This document shows positions 6,842 to 15,972 of a stretch of 25,448 nt of DNA, in pieces. The notes below the pieces were generated by a model. It saw only the letters and a program-made list of their open reading frames with translations, made no database searches and was not told where the DNA came from. The translations under genes and the position numbers were made by a program. The DNA is from Parcubacteria group bacterium (GTDB lineage Bacteria > Patescibacteriota > Minisyncoccia > Phycocordibacterales > Zambryskibacteraceae): assembly GCA_040900505.1 (NCBI GenBank), contig JBBDYY010000021.1:1-25448 (forward strand). The letters run 5' to 3'. Each line of letters begins with the position of its first letter. The first letter of the stretch is position 1.

Positions 6842-7183
6842 ACGAGAAGGAGCATGTCTTATTCCACACATCTCCTGGTATGTTCTCAGGTTTCGAGCAT
6901 TCTCCACTTTCCACTTCCGAACGAATTCGGTTTTACGCTGAATCGCCTCGGCACTAAAAGCACGGCGGAGAAATTCATCCATGCTCATGTGGTGGAACTC
7001 TTCGATCCACGAAGGCAGACTCTTTCTAGCTCGATCAACCTGAGCCGGAGTCGGGATGAAGGTTCCGGGAGCTTGGAGATATCCCTTGATTTCTTCTTCC
7101 GACAGGCCAAGATGGGCCATATAGTCTCTGTAATGCCCCCAATACATCAGGTCATCCAGCGACACTTCCACTTCTTCATTCAT
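6824..7183 (-). CDS. Hypothetical protein (orphan)
   Basis: 119-aa ORF with AGAGG SD-like site, its own promoter and terminator. Confidence 0.7.
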   Translation of the reverse strand: MNEEVEVSLDDLMYWGHYRDYMAHLGLSEEEIKGYLQAPGTFIPTPAQVDRARKSLPSWIEEFHHMSMDEFLRRAFSAEAIQRKTEFVRKWKVENARNLRTYQEMCGIRHAPSRKKRVR

Positions 7184-7218
7184 CAGTGCCTCTGGTTGAA
7201 AGAGTTAGGTCTTAACTT

Positions 7219-7246
7219 ATTATATCTCTTATTTAATTAAAGTCAA
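7219..7246 (-). promoter_or_regulatory. Sigma70 promoter of the orphan gene
   Basis: TTGACT (7241-7246), N16, TATAAT (7219-7224). Confidence 0.7.
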
Positions 7247-7268
7247 TAGTTAGAAAAGAGAGGTTGGC

Positions 7269-8039
7269 TCAATGTTGTGTCAAAATTATATTTCCCTTTT
7301 CTGTAATTGCAACCGTGTGTTCGAAGTGGGCACTCCTTTTTCCATCGCGAGTGACTATGGTGTAACCATCTTTCATTAATTTTATTTTCCCTGTGCCAAC
7401 GTTTACCATGGGCTCTATGGCGATGACCATGCCGGGGACTAGCTCATCGCCCGTGCCAGCTTTGCCCGTGTTCGGCACATAAGGATCTTCATGCACCCTG
7501 TATCCCACGCCATGCCCTGCCAAGTCTTCTGCTAGAGCAAAGCCTGTTCCCTCTACAACTTTTCCAATAGCAGCTCCTATGTCTCCAATATGTCCTCCAC
7601 CGATTGCAGCTCTCACTCCCGCATCGAGTGCTCGCTTGGCAATATGTATTAGTTGTTCTGCCTCTTCATCAAAAATTCCTACGCCTACAGTCACAGCCGA
7701 ATCAGTAATAAATCCTTTGTGGATCAAACCTAGATCTAAGGTTACAATGTCTCCTTCCATTAAAACTCTTCCTCCTTCGTTGGGTATACCATGCACAATT
7801 TCTTCATTTACCGATACGCAAAGTGCGGCTGGAAAGGGTCTGGATGCCCCCTGTGGGGTGTAGTTTAAGAAAGCGGCTTTATCTCCCCCCTCCTCTATAA
7901 GCTCTCTAGCTTTATCCTCAAGCTCTTCTGTCTTAAGACCCGGGCGTACCATAGAAACAAGAGTGCTTAAAATGGCGGCATGTCTTCTGCCGCCCTCTTT
8001 CATTATCTCTATTTCTTCTTTAGTCTTTATCTCAATCAT
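7269..8039 (-). CDS. map: Type I methionine aminopeptidase
   Basis: CVSVNEEIVHGIP, DLG...DSA, GHGVG..VHEDP, AIEPM and SAHFEHTV motifs. Confidence 0.97.
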   Translation of the reverse strand: MIEIKTKEEIEIMKEGGRRHAAILSTLVSMVRPGLKTEELEDKARELIEEGGDKAAFLNYTPQGASRPFPAALCVSVNEEIVHGIPNEGGRVLMEGDIVTLDLGLIHKGFITDSAVTVGVGIFDEEAEQLIHIAKRALDAGVRAAIGGGHIGDIGAAIGKVVEGTGFALAEDLAGHGVGYRVHEDPYVPNTGKAGTGDELVPGMVIAIEPMVNVGTGKIKLMKDGYTIVTRDGKRSAHFEHTVAITEKGNIILTQH

Positions 8040-8617
8040 TGAGTCAAAAATGGCTTTAATTTCTCCATGATTTCCGCATGAACTTCTTGGGGCGTCTGTT
8101 CGCCGTTTATATCTATTACTCTTCCAAGCGAGCGAAAAAAGTAGAGAGCTGGAACCGTTTCCGCATTGTAGTGGTCGAAACGGTTTTGAAGCTTGTGTCC
8201 CTCATCATCTGTCCTGCCGCTTGTTGCCCGTCTCTTTTTGAGCCTCTCAATAACCGTTTCCTCTAATGTATCAAGATATATAACTTTAAAATCTCTGCCC
8301 ATCCAATCATTAACCTCTGTAAAGAGTCTTGCTTCAGGCTCCTTCCTTCCCACTCCTTCAAATATTATGCCTTCCTCATCCTTAAGGCGGAAAAGCGCTT
8401 CCTCAAACAAATATGAAGCAAACCAAAATGGGACCAAGCCTCCCTCTTCTGAAACTTCTTTAATCTTCTTCCCCAAGAGGGTTGGCTCCGCCGCAAATTC
8501 TCTCACCCTCACCCCGGTAGAAAAGATTGGATACCCCAGAACCTTAGAAAGGAGCTCAGATTGAACCCCCTTACCAGCCCCTGGGCGGCCCATGAACAAA
8601 AAGACTTTAGTGGACAT
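8036..8617 (-). CDS. adk: Adenylate kinase, short-LID type
   Basis: P-loop GRPGAGKGVQ, FSTGVRVR, GGLVP, short LID RRATSGRTDD; secY-adk-map synteny. Confidence 0.93.
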   Translation of the reverse strand: MSTKVFLFMGRPGAGKGVQSELLSKVLGYPIFSTGVRVREFAAEPTLLGKKIKEVSEEGGLVPFWFASYLFEEALFRLKDEEGIIFEGVGRKEPEARLFTEVNDWMGRDFKVIYLDTLEETVIERLKKRRATSGRTDDEGHKLQNRFDHYNAETVPALYFFRSLGRVIDINGEQTPQEVHAEIMEKLKPFLTQ

Positions 8618-8623
8618 ATCTAC

Positions 8624-8632
8624 ACTTTAGCA
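8624..8632 (-). promoter_or_regulatory. Extended -10, leaderless arrangement for adk
   Basis: TGcTAAAGT, 6 nt, then ATG (8617). Confidence 0.6.
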
Positions 8633-8638
8633 CGGAGA

Positions 8639-9910
8639 TTAATACTCGTGAGCAGAAATCTGAGCGTTGATTTTCTTGATGAGATCGATGACTACCGAGA
8701 CAACGATGAGGAGAGCAGTACCTCCGATGGCTAGAGACTGGATGTTTGTAAGGCCCTGAAGAATGAGTGGCAGGACTGCAATGGTGGCGAGGAAGAGGGC
8801 GCCTATGAGCGTCAGTCGGACAAGAACATGAGAAATGTATTCCGATGTCGAATTGCCGGGGCGAATACCTGGTACAAAGGCTCCAGACTTCTGAAGATTG
8901 GTAGCAACCTGGTCCGGATCAAATGTAATAGCAGTATAGAAGTATGTGAAGAGAAACACCAAGACAAAGTATGCGATAGCATAGAACCACGGGTTGTTAA
9001 GCACTACTAGTGCAGAGTTTGCAAAAGAAGCAATACCTCCAAGGTCTAAAGTGGCTAGAAATTGCAGTATAAATTGCGGGAACATCAAAATAGAAAGGGC
9101 AAAGATGATAGGGATAACTCCCGCCTGGTTAAGTCGAAGTGGTAAGTAAGAAGAAACTCCTCCCACCACTCTCTCTCCCCTTACCTGTTTGGCGTAGGTT
9201 ATAGGTATGGGCCTTTCCGCCTCAGTAATGATGACCACTCCCAAGATGACGAGAAGTCCGGCGACAAGTCCCGCAATGTATACAGGAAGCTGAGCAGGAT
9301 CGTAGGTGAATATAAGTTGAGCAATAGTAGCGGGCAAGGTTGTAACGATACCTGCAAAGATGATAAGGGAAACTCCATTACCTATACCAAACTCTGTTAT
9401 GAGTTCTCCTAACCATACGAGAAGAAGTGATCCAGCCACAATAATGAGAAGCACAGTAGCGAGGGTACCAGCATCAAAGATAGGCAACACTCCCTGCTTC
9501 TGTAGAAGGGTGATGAAGGCAAAGCCCTGAAGAACGGCCAATGGCACTGTAAGTAAGCGTGAGTACTGAGTGAATCGGCGTCGGCCAGCTTCGCCCTCCT
9601 CCTGATTCAGGCTTTTAAGCTTGGGCACCATAACTGTCATGAGCTGCATCACGATGGAGGCAGTAATGTATGGACCCACTCCAAGCATCACAATGGAAAA
9701 ACTTGATAACCCCCCTCCAGAGAAAATATTAAAAAGGCTTAGAAATTCGTTGCCGGCAAGCAAACTCTGGATACGACTCGAGTCAACACCCGGGACGGGA
9801 ATGACGGAGAGTACCCGTGTAAGAGCAAGGATGGCAAAGACGATGAGTAGCTTGCCACGCAATGCTCTGTCTTTAAAGACGAGTCCAAGTTTCTGTGTGA
9901 ATACGTGCAT
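8639..9910 (-). CDS. secY: Preprotein translocase subunit SecY
   Basis: FSIVMLGVGPYITASIVMQL, GIGNGVSLIIFAGIV, LRLNQAGVIPIIFA and GAFVPGIRPG motifs. Confidence 0.98.
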   Translation of the reverse strand: MHVFTQKLGLVFKDRALRGKLLIVFAILALTRVLSVIPVPGVDSSRIQSLLAGNEFLSLFNIFSGGGLSSFSIVMLGVGPYITASIVMQLMTVMVPKLKSLNQEEGEAGRRRFTQYSRLLTVPLAVLQGFAFITLLQKQGVLPIFDAGTLATVLLIIVAGSLLLVWLGELITEFGIGNGVSLIIFAGIVTTLPATIAQLIFTYDPAQLPVYIAGLVAGLLVILGVVIITEAERPIPITYAKQVRGERVVGGVSSYLPLRLNQAGVIPIIFALSILMFPQFILQFLATLDLGGIASFANSALVVLNNPWFYAIAYFVLVFLFTYFYTAITFDPDQVATNLQKSGAFVPGIRPGNSTSEYISHVLVRLTLIGALFLATIAVLPLILQGLTNIQSLAIGGTALLIVVSVVIDLIKKINAQISAHEY

Positions 9911-9914
9911 AAAA

Positions 9915-10355
9915 TTACTTTATTTCTCCTCCGGCCTTTTCTATCTTAGACTTGGCTCTCTCAGAGACGATGATTCCCTGGAAGGTTAACTTCTTTGTGA
10001 GCTCTCCTGTGCCAAGAATCTTAACAGTAGGCTTGGTTCCCTTCTTAAACTTTATCGCCTTCCTCTCGATAAGATTTGCGACTGTCACTGTTTCTCCATC
10101 TTTAAATACCTTATCTAACCCGCTTAGGTTAACCACACAAGGCTTTACTGCAAAAGATTTGAAGGGGGAAATTCCTCTTCCTCTAAGCTTGGGAAAACGC
10201 TTAATGAAGTCACGAAGCTCTGGTCGCTTCTTCCTTCCGGCTCGCGCGTTCTGGCCCTTGGTGCCACGTCCGGCAGTCTTGCCACGCGTGCCTCCACGGC
10301 CAACTTGGCGAGAAGTCTTACGTTTCGTCTTTGATTTTAATAGGTGGCTCTGCAT
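9915..10355 (-). CDS. rplO: 50S ribosomal protein uL15
   Basis: QVGRGGTRGKTAGRGTKGQNARAG...VKILGTGEL...AKSKIEKAGG. Confidence 0.97.
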   Translation of the reverse strand: MQSHLLKSKTKRKTSRQVGRGGTRGKTAGRGTKGQNARAGRKKRPELRDFIKRFPKLRGRGISPFKSFAVKPCVVNLSGLDKVFKDGETVTVANLIERKAIKFKKGTKPTVKILGTGELTKKLTFQGIIVSERAKSKIEKAGGEIK

Positions 10356-10356
10356 G

Positions 10357-10998
10357 TTATTTGCTTTGCTTTATCTTAGTGTGCTGGAGCGAGTCTAGAG
10401 CTTTTATAGCAGCATAAGCGTTGTTCATCTGGTTCTTGCTTCGAGAAAGAAGCTTGGAAGAAACTTCCTTAAGTCCCCCCAATTCAAGCACTGTGCGCAC
10501 TGAGCTTCCGGCAAGAATTCCCTTCCCAGGAGCGGGCATGATCCTTACCACTGAGGATGCGTACTTGGCTTCCACCTCGTGAGGAATGGACATGCTCTTG
10601 GTCAAATTTACTGTAATCATATTTTTCTTTGCGTCGCGGAAAGCCTTTTCTATTGCAAGAGGAGTGTCCGATGCTTTACCAAGGCCGACTCCAACCATGC
10701 CCTTCTTGTTGCCCGCCACCACACAGACAGAGAAGCTGAAGCGCCTTCCTCCTGCAACCACACGAGTAACACGTCGAAGGCTTACTATCTTCTGATCAAA
10801 CTCTGGCTTTGTCCTCTCTCCACGGCTTCGTGGTCCTCGTCTGTCCTTGCCCCCACCTCCTCCGCTCCTACGAGGGCCACGGTTCCTGTCTCCAGTTCTG
10901 TTGCGCTCGCCTCTTATAGCTTCTGCGGGTACTGGAAGAGCCGTCTCAGTGACTGGTACTTCTACTGTTATTTCTTTTGTTGCTTTTTCTTCTGTCAT
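10357..10998 (-). CDS. rpsE: 30S ribosomal protein uS5 with a long N-terminal extension
   Basis: VSLRRVTRVVAGGRRFSFSVCVVAGN...GVGLGKA. No rpmD between rpsE and rplO (1-bp gap). Confidence 0.98.
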   Translation of the reverse strand: MTEEKATKEITVEVPVTETALPVPAEAIRGERNRTGDRNRGPRRSGGGGGKDRRGPRSRGERTKPEFDQKIVSLRRVTRVVAGGRRFSFSVCVVAGNKKGMVGVGLGKASDTPLAIEKAFRDAKKNMITVNLTKSMSIPHEVEAKYASSVVRIMPAPGKGILAGSSVRTVLELGGLKEVSSKLLSRSKNQMNNAYAAIKALDSLQHTKIKQSK

Positions 10999-10999
10999 A

Positions 11000-11320
11000 T
11001 TAGAATTTTAATCCGCCCGCACGCGCCGCCTCAGCCAATGTCTTAACCTTGCCTGTATAAATATATCCACTTCTGTCGAAAACTGCCTTCTCTATCTTCT
11101 TCTTACCCGCAAGAGATGCAAGATCTGTTCCTACCTTTGTTGCATCCTTTCCCTTGGTTGCTGCTAGGGTAGCGCCTTTAACATCATCTATAAGGGAGGC
11201 ATAGAGCATAGTATTTGATTTAAAAACGGAAAGACGAGGGCGATCCTCGGTGCCAGAAATCTTGGCGCGAGTTCTCGCGTGTCTGCGGGCCCTATTCCCC
11301 TTTGTGCGTGTGCTTGCCAT
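11000..11320 (-). CDS. rplR: 50S ribosomal protein uL18
   Basis: [10 protein letters not shown]...YASLIDD...[27 protein letters not shown]. Start reassigned to the ATG at 11320. Confidence 0.96.
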   Translation of the reverse strand: MASTRTKGNRARRHARTRAKISGTEDRPRLSVFKSNTMLYASLIDDVKGATLAATKGKDATKVGTDLASLAGKKKIEKAVFDRSGYIYTGKVKTLAEAARAGGLKF

Positions 11321-11321
11321 A

Positions 11322-11855
11322 TTATGCTGATTTCTTGCCCTGCTTGCGCCGTATAACCTCGGTATCATAACGCATTCCTTTGCCCTTGTACGGTTCAGGC
11401 TTCTTCAAGGCCCGGAGTCGAGCAGTGAAGCCTCCCACCTCCTCCTTATCTACCCCAGAGACAGTTATAACGTTCTTCTCCGCTGTTACCTTAAGGGTTC
11501 CCGGTATTGCCACTTCTACAGGGTGAGAGAAGCCCAAAGCCATGACGATCTTGTCCCCCTTAACCTCAGACTTGAAACCGATACCTTCTAGTATTAATTT
11601 TTTCTGGAAAGGAGTGTTAACACCATTTACCATGTTGGCTATGTGAGAAGCGTATGTGCCCCAGAGAGCACGCGACTCCAATGTCTCCTTCTTGGGAAGG
11701 AGGGTCACCTCACGGCCTTCTACCTTCACCTCAATTATTGGATTGACGTATCGGGTAAGTTCTCCTTGTGGCCCCTTCACACTCACTAAGTCTCCCTTGA
11801 GCTCTATCTCGGTCTTCTCTGGAAGCGTTATTATTCTTTTTCCTATACGTGACAT
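11322..11855 (-). CDS. rplF: 50S ribosomal protein uL6
   Basis: MSRIGKR...KGPQGEL...LGFSHPV...KPEPYKGKG. Start reassigned to the ATG at 11855. Confidence 0.98.
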   Translation of the reverse strand: MSRIGKRIITLPEKTEIELKGDLVSVKGPQGELTRYVNPIIEVKVEGREVTLLPKKETLESRALWGTYASHIANMVNGVNTPFQKKLILEGIGFKSEVKGDKIVMALGFSHPVEVAIPGTLKVTAEKNVITVSGVDKEEVGGFTARLRALKKPEPYKGKGMRYDTEVIRRKQGKKSA

Positions 11856-11872
11856 GTTTTTAAATTTCCGAA

Positions 11873-12259
11873 TTACCAAATGGAGAACAATGCTTCTCCT
11901 CCTACTTTCGCCTTCTTAGCCTCGCGACCAGTCATGATGCCAGCAGGTGTTGAAAGGATGAGTGCTCCGTAGCCTTGCTTCACTCCTCTTATGTCTGTTG
12001 CCTTCTGGTATATGCGCTTGCCCGGCTTAGAAATTCTCTTTACACCTTTAATCTTGGGAATACGATTTAGAGAAAGTAATTCGACTACAAGAACGGGCTT
12101 GCCCTTCTCACTCTTCTTTTCAAAATTTTTTATGAATCCTTCCTCCTTTAAAACTGTAAGAATGGATTCCTTGAGTTTGGAGTATGTGACATTAACAATC
12201 TCACGTCGGGCGTTCCCTGCATTCTTTAACTGCGTGATCATGTTTGCGAGTGGATCCAT
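11873..12259 (-). CDS. rpsH: 30S ribosomal protein uS8
   Basis: MDPLANMITQLKNA...RISKPGKRIY...ILSTPAGIMT...GGE. Start reassigned to the ATG at 12259. Confidence 0.97.
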   Translation of the reverse strand: MDPLANMITQLKNAGNARREIVNVTYSKLKESILTVLKEEGFIKNFEKKSEKGKPVLVVELLSLNRIPKIKGVKRISKPGKRIYQKATDIRGVKQGYGALILSTPAGIMTGREAKKAKVGGEALFSIW

Positions 12260-12263
12260 ATGT

Positions 12264-12449
12264 TTACCAGGAGCTCTTCTTAATACCAGGAATCTGGCCG
12301 ATGTTAGCAAGTTCTCTGAAGCAAATACGACAAAGGTCGAAGTCTCTCATGTAGCCGCGCTTTCTCCCACAGCGGAAACATCGAGAAGTAGCCCTGGTGG
12401 AGAATTTGGGCTTCTTTTTGGACCTTGCTATTACGGATGTTTTTGCCAT
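12264..12449 (-). CDS. rpsN: 30S ribosomal protein uS14, zinc-binding (type Z)
   Basis: RCFRCGR...LCRICFRE...IPGIKKSSW. Confidence 0.97.
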   Translation of the reverse strand: MAKTSVIARSKKKPKFSTRATSRCFRCGRKRGYMRDFDLCRICFRELANIGQIPGIKKSSW

Positions 12450-12482
12450 GAAAATAAAAAGCTCTCTCTGAGCTAAGAAATC

Positions 12483-12511
12483 AGCTTATCAAGCTCAGGA
12501 TGCATTGTCAA
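12483..12511 (-). promoter_or_regulatory. Internal sigma70 promoter upstream of rpsN
   Basis: TTGACA (12506-12511), N17, TGa-TAAGCT (12483-12488). Confidence 0.65.
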
Positions 12512-12530
12512 TTAAGGATTTTCCGCCCTT

Positions 12531-13064
12531 TTACTTCTTGAAGGGGAAGCCCATATGGGTGAGGAAATCGACCACTTCCGCCTTGCTCTTAGCTGTAGTA
12601 ACAACAGTGATAGCCAGGCCGAAGACATCCTTAAGCTCTTCATCTGCAGTTTCTGGGAAAACTGAGTGCTCCTTGATGCCTAGGGTGTAATTGCCCATTT
12701 CGTCTGCGGAAGTAGGAGATACGCCTCTGAAGTCCTTAGTCCGAGGGAGAGCAATGTGAACAAGCCTTTCTAGGAAGTCATACATGCGGGTACCGCGAAG
12801 AGTTACTTGGTAACCTACTATGTCCCCCTGCCTGGATTTAAAGTTGGCTATAGCTACCTTCGCGGCGCGAGGAGATGCCTTCTGGCCTGTTATCTTCGCG
12901 AGACGGTCTTCCACTACCTTCATCTTGTTCTTATCCTTAAATGATCCCACACCTGAAGAAACGACAACCTTAAGTATTCTCGGAGACTGCATGGCGTTCT
13001 TATAGGAGTGATCCTTCTTAAGGGCTTCGAACGCTTTATTTTGTTTTGTTTTTAAAGTTTCCAT
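12531..13064 (-). CDS. rplE: 50S ribosomal protein uL5
   Basis: PRILKVVVSSGVG...ITGQK...VTLRG...ALPRTKDFRG...GNYTLGIKEH. Confidence 0.98.
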   Translation of the reverse strand: METLKTKQNKAFEALKKDHSYKNAMQSPRILKVVVSSGVGSFKDKNKMKVVEDRLAKITGQKASPRAAKVAIANFKSRQGDIVGYQVTLRGTRMYDFLERLVHIALPRTKDFRGVSPTSADEMGNYTLGIKEHSVFPETADEELKDVFGLAITVVTTAKSKAEVVDFLTHMGFPFKK

Positions 13065-13088
13065 ACTTGTAGTGAATTTATTGAACTA

Positions 13089-13340
13089 TTATTTCTTCAC
13101 TGCTTTCTTAGGAGTGGCCTTCTTTTCCCCCTTGCGCACGTTGGAAACGTGGATAGGCAGTGCCATGTCTACTACCTCAAACTTGGCTCCCTTGGCACGA
13201 GCTTTAACTCGCATCTTTCTTACATTGATGCCTTCCACTACCACCTTGCCCTCACTTGGAAGGGCTCGCAAAATCTTCCCAGTCTTACCCTTGTCCTTGC
13301 CTGCCAATATGTATACTGTGTCTCCTTTCTTTACGTGCAT
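13089..13340 (-). CDS. rplX: 50S ribosomal protein uL24 (short, 83 aa)
   Basis: KKGDTVYILAGKDKGKTG KOW motif, VVVEGIN, PIHVSNV. Confidence 0.96.
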   Translation of the reverse strand: MHVKKGDTVYILAGKDKGKTGKILRALPSEGKVVVEGINVRKMRVKARAKGAKFEVVDMALPIHVSNVRKGEKKATPKKAVKK

Positions 13341-13350
13341 AGTATTAAAA

Positions 13351-13722
13351 TTAAACTACCTCGGGCGCTAGTGAAATAATCTTCTGAAATCCCTTTTCTC
13401 CAATTTCCCGAGGGATGGGACCGAAGACGCGGCCAGCCATGGGCTCCTTCTTTGCAGTATCAAGAATCACCACTGCATTCTCGTCGAAGCGGACGTATGA
13501 GCCATCCTTTCGGCGAAATGGGGCTCGTTGGCGCACCACCACTGCATAAAGCACATCCTTCTTCTTAACCTGCTTTCTTGGCTCAGCCTTCTGCACAGAG
13601 AGCACAACGAGGTCGCCGATCCTGGCATAACGCTTCTTGGAGCTCCCGAGTACCTTAAAGACACGTCCTATCTTGGCTCCTGTGTTGTCTGCTATTTCTA
13701 CTATGCTTTGAGGTTGAATCAT
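13351..13722 (-). CDS. rplN: 50S ribosomal protein uL14
   Basis: MIQPQSIVEIADNTGAK...RFDENAVV...RVFGPI...ISLAPEVV. Confidence 0.98.
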   Translation of the reverse strand: MIQPQSIVEIADNTGAKIGRVFKVLGSSKKRYARIGDLVVLSVQKAEPRKQVKKKDVLYAVVVRQRAPFRRKDGSYVRFDENAVVILDTAKKEPMAGRVFGPIPREIGEKGFQKIISLAPEVV

Positions 13723-13737
13723 CGTAAGTTTGGGCGT

Positions 13738-13992
13738 TTATACTATCATAAATCTCTTATCCTTGGACATCGGCCTTGTCTCTACAATGTCTACCTTGTC
13801 CCCTATTTTCTTCGTGTTGCCGGCATCATGAGCTTTGAACTTCTTCTTGTGCTTCATAAACTTTCCATACTTCGGATGCTTAACGTATCTCTCCACAAGA
13901 ACGACAACAGTATCCTTCATCTTGTCGGAGACTACTGTGCCGGAGAAAACTTTTTTTCCGCTGTTTGACGGTTTGTTTGTATTTTTTTCCAT
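13738..13992 (-). CDS. rpsQ: 30S ribosomal protein uS17
   Basis: [14 protein letters not shown]...HPKYGK...KAHD...[16 protein letters not shown]. Confidence 0.98.
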   Translation of the reverse strand: MEKNTNKPSNSGKKVFSGTVVSDKMKDTVVVLVERYVKHPKYGKFMKHKKKFKAHDAGNTKKIGDKVDIVETRPMSKDKRFMIV

Positions 13993-13996
13993 AAAA

Positions 13997-14416
13997 TTAT
14001 GTGCGGGCTACGATCTTGGTCTTTACTGGTAGTTTTGTACCCGCCTTTCTCAATGCTTCCTTGGCTACTGCATCTGTCACTCCATCTACTTCAAAAAGCA
14101 TGCGTCCCGCCTTCACAGGAGCCACGTATCCTTCGAGGTCGCCCTTGCCTTTACCGAGCTTCACTTCTGCGGGCTTGGTGGTGTATGGCATGTCTGGGAA
14201 GATGCGGATCCAGAGCCGTCCAGACTTACCTACGGAGCGCGAAAGAACCTTTCTTGCTGCTTCTATTTGGTTACTTTTGATGCGAGCTGGGGCCATAGCC
14301 TTAAGACCGAAGGAGCCGAAGGCAACAGTCACTCCCCTAGTGGCAGGGCCCACCTTCAAAGGATTCTTCCTCATGGTGTGCCACTTGCGGTATTTAACTT
14401 TCTTAGGGAATAACAT
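13997..14416 (-). CDS. rplP: 50S ribosomal protein uL16
   Basis: [13 protein letters not shown]...QIEAARK...WIRIFPD...[14 protein letters not shown]. Followed by rpsQ after a 4-bp gap, so no rpmC here. Confidence 0.98.
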   Translation of the reverse strand: MLFPKKVKYRKWHTMRKNPLKVGPATRGVTVAFGSFGLKAMAPARIKSNQIEAARKVLSRSVGKSGRLWIRIFPDMPYTTKPAEVKLGKGKGDLEGYVAPVKAGRMLFEVDGVTDAVAKEALRKAGTKLPVKTKIVART

Positions 14417-14450
14417 AGTAGTGATTATTTATAGTGAGCTTGTCGAACTA
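14417..14450 (-). repeat. REP-like spacer motif TAGTTCGACAAGCTCACTA...TCACTACT
   Basis: Fills the rpsC-rplP spacer and begins with the rpsC stop codon. Confidence 0.6.
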
Positions 14451-15119
14451 TTTTTGAGCTTCCTTCTCGAAGATTTCTCCTCGGTAAATCCAAATCTTAA
14501 CTCCAATGGCGCCGTAAGGCATGATAGCCTTGGTAGAACAATAGTCCACATCCGCCCTGAAGGTCTGAAGTGGGATGCGTCCGAGCTTCCTGTCTTCTGT
14601 TCTACTCATGGTTGCTCCTCCCAAGCGTCCTCCGAGGGAAATACGCACCCCTTGTACATCGCGGTTGGCCATGACCTTCTCAAGCATCTGCTTCATAACT
14701 CTGCGGAAAGGAAGTCTCTTCTCAAGACCTTCCACTACCATCTGAGCAACGATGGCGGCGTTGGCTTCTGGAGACTTTACCTCCTTCACATCAAGCTTTA
14801 CCTCCACCTTCTCGCCAAGGAGTGAGTGCTTCTTCAAAAGCTTTATCAAATCTTCTCGAAGCTTCTGAGCGCCGTCACCTTGTCTGCCGATGATCATGCC
14901 AGGACGAGAGGTGGAAATGATTACGCGGAGAGCCTTCTCACTTCTCTCTATTTCTACATCTGCAATATAAAAACCCTTAAGCTTCTTGTCCAAATACTTT
15001 CTTATCAAAACGTCTCCTCGGAGATATTCAGAAAACTTTCCCTTAGGAGAAAACCACCTGCTCTTCCAATCGCGGAGGATACCAAGTCTATGTGAATATG
15101 GATGGACTGTATGTGTCAT
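14448..15119 (-). CDS. rpsC: 30S ribosomal protein uS3
   Basis: MTHTVHPYSHRLG...SRPGMIIGRQG...GRLGG...GRIPLQTFRADVDY...GVKIWIYRGE. Confidence 0.98.
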   Translation of the reverse strand: MTHTVHPYSHRLGILRDWKSRWFSPKGKFSEYLRGDVLIRKYLDKKLKGFYIADVEIERSEKALRVIISTSRPGMIIGRQGDGAQKLREDLIKLLKKHSLLGEKVEVKLDVKEVKSPEANAAIVAQMVVEGLEKRLPFRRVMKQMLEKVMANRDVQGVRISLGGRLGGATMSRTEDRKLGRIPLQTFRADVDYCSTKAIMPYGAIGVKIWIYRGEIFEKEAQK

Positions 15120-15124
15120 GATAA

Positions 15125-15529
15125 TTAGCTTTTTGCTTCTGGCTTCTTGCTTCTAGCTTTTGAATATTTAGAGAGGGGCTTTATCTTCTTTGACTTGGAG
15201 GAGCTCTCAGAAACTGTTATAGAAACTTTGCTGGTGCGCTTCCTCATAGGGAAGGCGCGGCCATGTGCCATAGGAAGTCGACGGTAAAGAATTTTACCAG
15301 CATCCACTCGGATCTCCTTCACAATGAGCTCATCGCTTAGTGATAGGTTCTTGGCATTGGCAACTGCTGAAGAAAGTAGCTTTTTAAGAGGAAGGCCAGC
15401 ACGCTTGGGAACGAAGGTTAGGAGATCCATGGCGTGAGTAACAGACTTCCCTCTTACGAGATTTGCCACAACTCTCACCTTTCGAGGAGACTGGCGATAA
15501 TTATTGAGCTGTGCTGTTGCTTCTGCCAT
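15125..15529 (-). CDS. rplV: 50S ribosomal protein uL22 with a basic C-terminal tail
   Basis: RQSPRKVRVVANLVRGK...SAVANA...PMAHGRAFPMRKRTSKV. Confidence 0.97.
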   Translation of the reverse strand: MAEATAQLNNYRQSPRKVRVVANLVRGKSVTHAMDLLTFVPKRAGLPLKKLLSSAVANAKNLSLSDELIVKEIRVDAGKILYRRLPMAHGRAFPMRKRTSKVSITVSESSSKSKKIKPLSKYSKARSKKPEAKS

Positions 15530-15532
15530 GGA

Positions 15533-15874
15533 TTATTTTTTTGCTGCGTCGGCGCCCTTAACTGCCTTGGCGGCGGAGATCTCAGCTTCCTTCTTCTTCA
15601 TTTCAAGCTCCTTCTGCATCTTACCGCCGTGCTTATTGAACTTACGAGTGAGAGAGAACTCTCCGAGTCTGTGCCCCACCATGTCTTCTGTTACGAAAAC
15701 CTCAATGTGATCCTTACCGTTGTGAACTCCGAAGGTGAAACCAACCATTTCTGGAGCAATTTGAGAGGCCCTGGCCCAAGTCTTAATAGTCCCGGTCTCG
15801 CCAGGCTTTTTGCCCTCGATTTTCTTTAAAACTCGAGGATCTACGTATGGTCCTTTTAAGGAGGATCGGGTCAT
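15533..15874 (-). CDS. rpsS: 30S ribosomal protein uS19 with a C-terminal extension
   Basis: MTRSSLKGPYVD...KTWARAS...GVHNGK...MVGHRLGEFSLTR. Confidence 0.98.
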   Translation of the reverse strand: MTRSSLKGPYVDPRVLKKIEGKKPGETGTIKTWARASQIAPEMVGFTFGVHNGKDHIEVFVTEDMVGHRLGEFSLTRKFNKHGGKMQKELEMKKKEAEISAAKAVKGADAAKK

Positions 15875-15907
15875 GGGGAATAAAAAAGCTCCGAGAGAGC
15901 TCGAAAC

Positions 15908-15936
15908 ATAGTATAGAAATTAGGGCCCGAAGTCAA
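15908..15936 (-). promoter_or_regulatory. Sigma70 promoter for the rpsS-led half operon
   Basis: TTGACT (15931-15936), N17, TACTAT (15908-15913). Confidence 0.7.
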
Positions 15937-15967
15937 ACAAAGAGGGCCAAACTTTCGTTTGGCCCTC
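15935..15967 (-). terminator. Intrinsic terminator after the 196-aa orphan
   Basis: 11-bp stem GAGGGCCAAAC/GTTTGGCCCTC, followed by TTTGTTT on the minus strand. Confidence 0.75.
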
Positions 15968-15972
15968 GGTAA

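Noticed and set aside
1393-8038. Genetic code 25 (TGA = Gly), as in Gracilibacteria and Absconditabacteria
   Set aside because: TGA ends the desaturase, map and adk at their expected lengths.
11320-12310. Apparent N-terminal extensions on uL18, uL6 and uS8 (also uL10) in the ORF track
   Set aside because: These come from upstream in-frame starts overlapping the preceding gene or leader. The conserved N-termini begin at 11320, 11855, 12259 and 19349.
13990-14000. Hidden rpmC between rplP and rpsQ, or rpmD between rpsE and rplO
   Set aside because: The gaps are 4 bp and 1 bp, and no overlapping ORF resembles uL29 or uL30.
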